DNA from: Phycisphaerales bacterium
Lineage (GTDB): Bacteria; Planctomycetota; Phycisphaerae; Phycisphaerales; UBA1924
Assembly (NCBI GenBank): GCA_038260025.1
Contig: JBBSOF010000012.1
Coordinates: forward strand, 7,603-71,602
Length of the DNA stretch: 64,000 nt
Direction of reading: 5' to 3'
Of the stretch, positions 61,374-64,000 are shown in pieces. The position numbers and the translations under genes are program-made. The notes under the pieces are model-generated. The model worked only from the letters and a program-made list of their open reading frames with translations, was not told the origin of the DNA and made no database searches. Position 1 is the stretch's first letter. Every line of letters starts with the position of its first letter.

Positions 61374-63167
61374 TTACCGCGCCAGCCCTACCGCGCCCAT
61401 CCCGGTTCCAACCCCCGGAATCGCCCCCGGGCCCAGCAGGCCCAGCGGCGACTTGCCGTCCTTGATTGAGCCGCGGATTTGGGCCAGGCGGGTCAGGCTT
61501 GGCTTGGGCACGCCGCCGCCGCCCATCAACCCGCCGAAGGGCATCTCCGGCGCAGGCGTGACGGACGAATCGGCCAGTTCCTGCCAGCAGACGCTGTGGA
61601 CATAGGGCTTCGAGCAGCAGACGGAGATAGCCTGGGTCATCCAGTCCACCTGCGCCTGCTCGCTCCACGCCCTGCGCCAGTTGCCCGGCTCATACGGGTC
61701 TTCGGCCTCGGCCCCCGCCCGCGGCCGGAAGGGCACGGGCGTGATGGGCGCGCTGGGTGCGCCGACTGCCGACACGACGATGGGCTTCTCCAGCGCTGCA
61801 AACTTGTCGAGGATGGCGGAGAGCGCCATCATGTCGCGCGTGGCGTAGCCCGGCTCGGCGTGGCCCATCTGCAGGCGCAGGCCGATGGCGTCGATCGCCA
61901 GCCCTGCACCGACCGCCGCCTCGGCGTAGAGGTATGGCGGGATGCTGCGCCGGTTGCTGGCGTGGTATTCGCCCCAGGGCTGGGCCACTTCCAACTGGAT
62001 CTTTGCCGCGGGATGCAGTTTCTTGGTCAGCAGCACGCACATCCGCGTGAGGTCCATGATCTGCTCGAAACTGATCTTGAAGTTGGTGTTGACGTGCAGC
62101 CCGCTCGCCACGGTCCATCGAGAAATCGTCCGGCGGTACCGCGTCACTACGGCCTGCACATGCTCGAACACGAGATCGCGCAGGGTCTCGTAGTCGTTCT
62201 CCCAGATGAAGAGCCACTCGGGGACTGCCGCAGGGCGGAAGTCCACCAGCGGGCCGCCGACCACGGGGAGCTTCGCCGTGCGAACGGCCCACTCGATCCA
62301 TCGGTCGGTGGTCGCAAAGTTGTACTTGCCCTCGTTGGGCTCCATATCGATCCACCGCATGGGCATGGTCACAAAGTCGCACGCCGCCGTGACCCCCCGC
62401 TGCAGGGGCTCGCTGAACTGGCCGGGGCTGACGGCACAGCCGATCTGCGGCGAGCCGGCCAGCACCACCTGTCCGGCGCCGGGGATCAGCACGGGCATGC
62501 CGGGCGGGGGCGTCTCCGGCGTCAGGCGTCCGAGGTGCGAGAGGGCTTCCTGGTAGCCCTTGCCGCTGAGGCGGTGCTTCAACTGGCGGTCGGCGTTCAG
62601 GAGCGCCAGCCCCTCGCCGGCGTTGATAGCGAGGGACAGGGCGTTGCTGGCGATCTTGTCTGCCCGCGGCGAGAAGCCGCCGCGGGGCGGGTCGCCCTCG
62701 GTTTTTTCTTCCTCGTTCGCGGCCGCTTCGGGGATCCGCTGGGCCACCAGCGCTTCGGTGAACTGGGACCGCGCCTGCTCAAACTGCTGCATCACGGCGT
62801 TGTCCGGCGCGAGGTCGAACAGGCCCCAGTCCTCCATTTTGTTGAGGAAGAACATGATCCGGTGGCGGGCCAGTTCGATGGTCAGCAGGTAAGGGTCATC
62901 CCGGTCCGGCAGGAGGCAGGTGTTGACGGTCAGCAGACCCAGGCCGTTGGTTGACGGGGTGACGCCCGGCCCCTCTGGCTGGGCCACCTGAAACTGCACG
63001 GCCAGGCCCGCCGTCTGCTGCACCGTCTTTTCGCATTCCACCAACCCGGGCTCGAACGACACATCGCCCTGCATGGGGATTTCATCAGGCCCGATCAGGT
63101 ACGCATGGCGCGGCGGGAAATGCCGCGTGTCTACCCCATCGGCATCAAAGACCACAAAGCTCAGCAA
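61374..63167 (-). CDS. GH10-like TIM-barrel domain protein, apparently lacking both catalytic glutamates; unknown N-terminal domain
   Basis: MRWIDMEPNEGKYNFATTDRWIEWA, VTRYRRTISRWTVASG (compare GH10 WDVVNE), IDAIGLRLQMGH, KPIVVSAVG (compare GH10 ITELD). By-eye alignment only. Confidence 0.55.
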   Translation of the reverse strand: MLSFVVFDADGVDTRHFPPRHAYLIGPDEIPMQGDVSFEPGLVECEKTVQQTAGLAVQFQVAQPEGPGVTPSTNGLGLLTVNTCLLPDRDDPYLLTIELARHRIMFFLNKMEDWGLFDLAPDNAVMQQFEQARSQFTEALVAQRIPEAAANEEEKTEGDPPRGGFSPRADKIASNALSLAINAGEGLALLNADRQLKHRLSGKGYQEALSHLGRLTPETPPPGMPVLIPGAGQVVLAGSPQIGCAVSPGQFSEPLQRGVTAACDFVTMPMRWIDMEPNEGKYNFATTDRWIEWAVRTAKLPVVGGPLVDFRPAAVPEWLFIWENDYETLRDLVFEHVQAVVTRYRRTISRWTVASGLHVNTNFKISFEQIMDLTRMCVLLTKKLHPAAKIQLEVAQPWGEYHASNRRSIPPYLYAEAAVGAGLAIDAIGLRLQMGHAEPGYATRDMMALSAILDKFAALEKPIVVSAVGAPSAPITPVPFRPRAGAEAEDPYEPGNWRRAWSEQAQVDWMTQAISVCCSKPYVHSVCWQELADSSVTPAPEMPFGGLMGGGGVPKPSLTRLAQIRGSIKDGKSPLGLLGPGAIPGVGTGMGAVGLAR

Positions 63168-63325
63168 CGAACAGCCTCCAGTGGGCCGGCAGGGCCGGGG
63201 GAGGAGTCTACGGGGGAAAGCCCAAACCCGGTAGTTGGAAGGCCCGGTTCCGTTCAGGAACTTCTCACCCAGTTTTCCACCAGCCCCACTCCGGACGCCC
63301 CGCCGACTTCCCGTATCCTCCCCCC

Positions 63326-64000
63326 ATGCCCGGCCTGCTCGAAACCAAGCTCAACCTCCCCAACCGCCGGCGCGGCAAGGTCCGCGATGTCTACGACCTG
63401 CCCGCCCCGGACGGCCAGCCACGGCTGCTGATAGTGGCCACCGACCGCATCTCGGCTTTCGATGTTGTCATGCCCACCCCAATCGCGGGTAAGGGCCGTC
63501 TGCTGACCCAACTCTCCACATTCTGGCTTGAGATGATCGCCAGCCGCGGCCTCTGCCGCACGCACCTTATTTCCGGCGATGCCGCCCTGGTGCCCGACGA
63601 GGCCTTCCCGCCCGACGGCACCCGGCGCAAGGACCTTGAAGGCCGCATCATGATCGCCCACAAGGCCCGGGTCGTGCCCATCGAGTGCGTGGTCCGCGGC
63701 TACCTCGAAGGCTCGGGGTGGAAGGACTACCAGGCCACCGGCGCGGTGTGCGGCATTGGTCTACCAAAGGGCCTGCGCCAGTGCGACCGGCTGCCCCAGC
63801 CCATCTTCACCCCCGCGACCAAGGAAGAGTTCGGCAAGCACGATGAGAACATCAGTTTCGACCGTGCCGCGGCAGCGGTGGGGGAGGGCCTGATGGATCA
63901 GCTCCGCACGCTCTCGCTGGCGATCTACTCCATGGCGGCCGAACATGCCGCGGCACGGGGCATCATCATCGCCGACACGAAGTTTGAGTTTGGCCTTGAG
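63326..64000 (+). CDS. purC: phosphoribosylaminoimidazole-succinocarboxamide synthase (3' partial, runs off window)
   Basis: My own translation from ATG 63326, open to the window end (not in the ORF track because there is no stop): RGKVRDVYDL..LLIVATDRISAFDVVMPTPIAGKG..ECVVRGYLEGSGWKDY..PIFTPATKEEFGKHDENIS..IIIADTKFEFG. Confidence 0.9.
   Translation, partial: MPGLLETKLNLPNRRRGKVRDVYDLPAPDGQPRLLIVATDRISAFDVVMPTPIAGKGRLLTQLSTFWLEMIASRGLCRTHLISGDAALVPDEAFPPDGTRRKDLEGRIMIAHKARVVPIECVVRGYLEGSGWKDYQATGAVCGIGLPKGLRQCDRLPQPIFTPATKEEFGKHDENISFDRAAAAVGEGLMDQLRTLSLAIYSMAAEHAAARGIIIADTKFEFGLE

Noticed and set aside
1-64000. Mobile elements, prophage, CRISPR-Cas, restriction-modification or known multi-gene defence systems
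   Set aside because: No transposase, integrase, Cas, methyltransferase-endonuclease pair, reverse transcriptase or phage structural motifs were seen in any credible ORF. The only TA-like modules are the two DUF433/DUF5615 pairs.

Overview
High-GC (about two-thirds G+C by eye) bacterial chromosomal segment, densely coding on both strands. Several features point to Planctomycetota, probably Phycisphaerae-like; this is an inference from motifs I recognise, not a search. They are two proteins ending in tandem DFDGDGDVGTDADIEAFF Cys-rich modules (GC-type dockerin-like), a LEPR-XLL-like N-terminus, a PEP-CTERM tail, CxxC..CPECG zinc-ribbon membrane proteins, and an ftsW-murG pair with no other dcw genes. 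Most content is housekeeping: rnpA-yidD, rpmB, rimO, astA/astD-like, folE2, a SahR-like regulator plus ahcY, a macA-macB-tolC-type efflux operon, bamD-like/lptE-like, ftsH, aroC, murG, ftsW, clpP2-clpP1, yidC-mnmE, clpS and purC (3' partial). I found no rRNA, tRNA, CRISPR array, transposase or integrase. No clear multi-gene defence-type system is visible. The best candidates for something undescribed are: (1) a stand-alone MshEN/T2SSE_N-like protein next to a TPR protein with two RpoA alpha-CTD-like domains; (2) an ECF sigma / putative anti-sigma pair directly upstream of ftsW-murG; (3) a rearrangement scar at 12.1-13.7 kb, with a 113-nt direct repeat of a peptidase 3' end, two gene remnants and a lower-GC PEP-CTERM gene; (4) a calpain-like protease with four FN3 repeats; (5) four families of short structured intergenic repeats, one with a compensatory stem change. 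All calls come from reading the ORF translations and the DNA by eye. Start codons were often trimmed from the ORF track and are approximate. Many long ORFs in the track are antisense artefacts of high GC and were not annotated.
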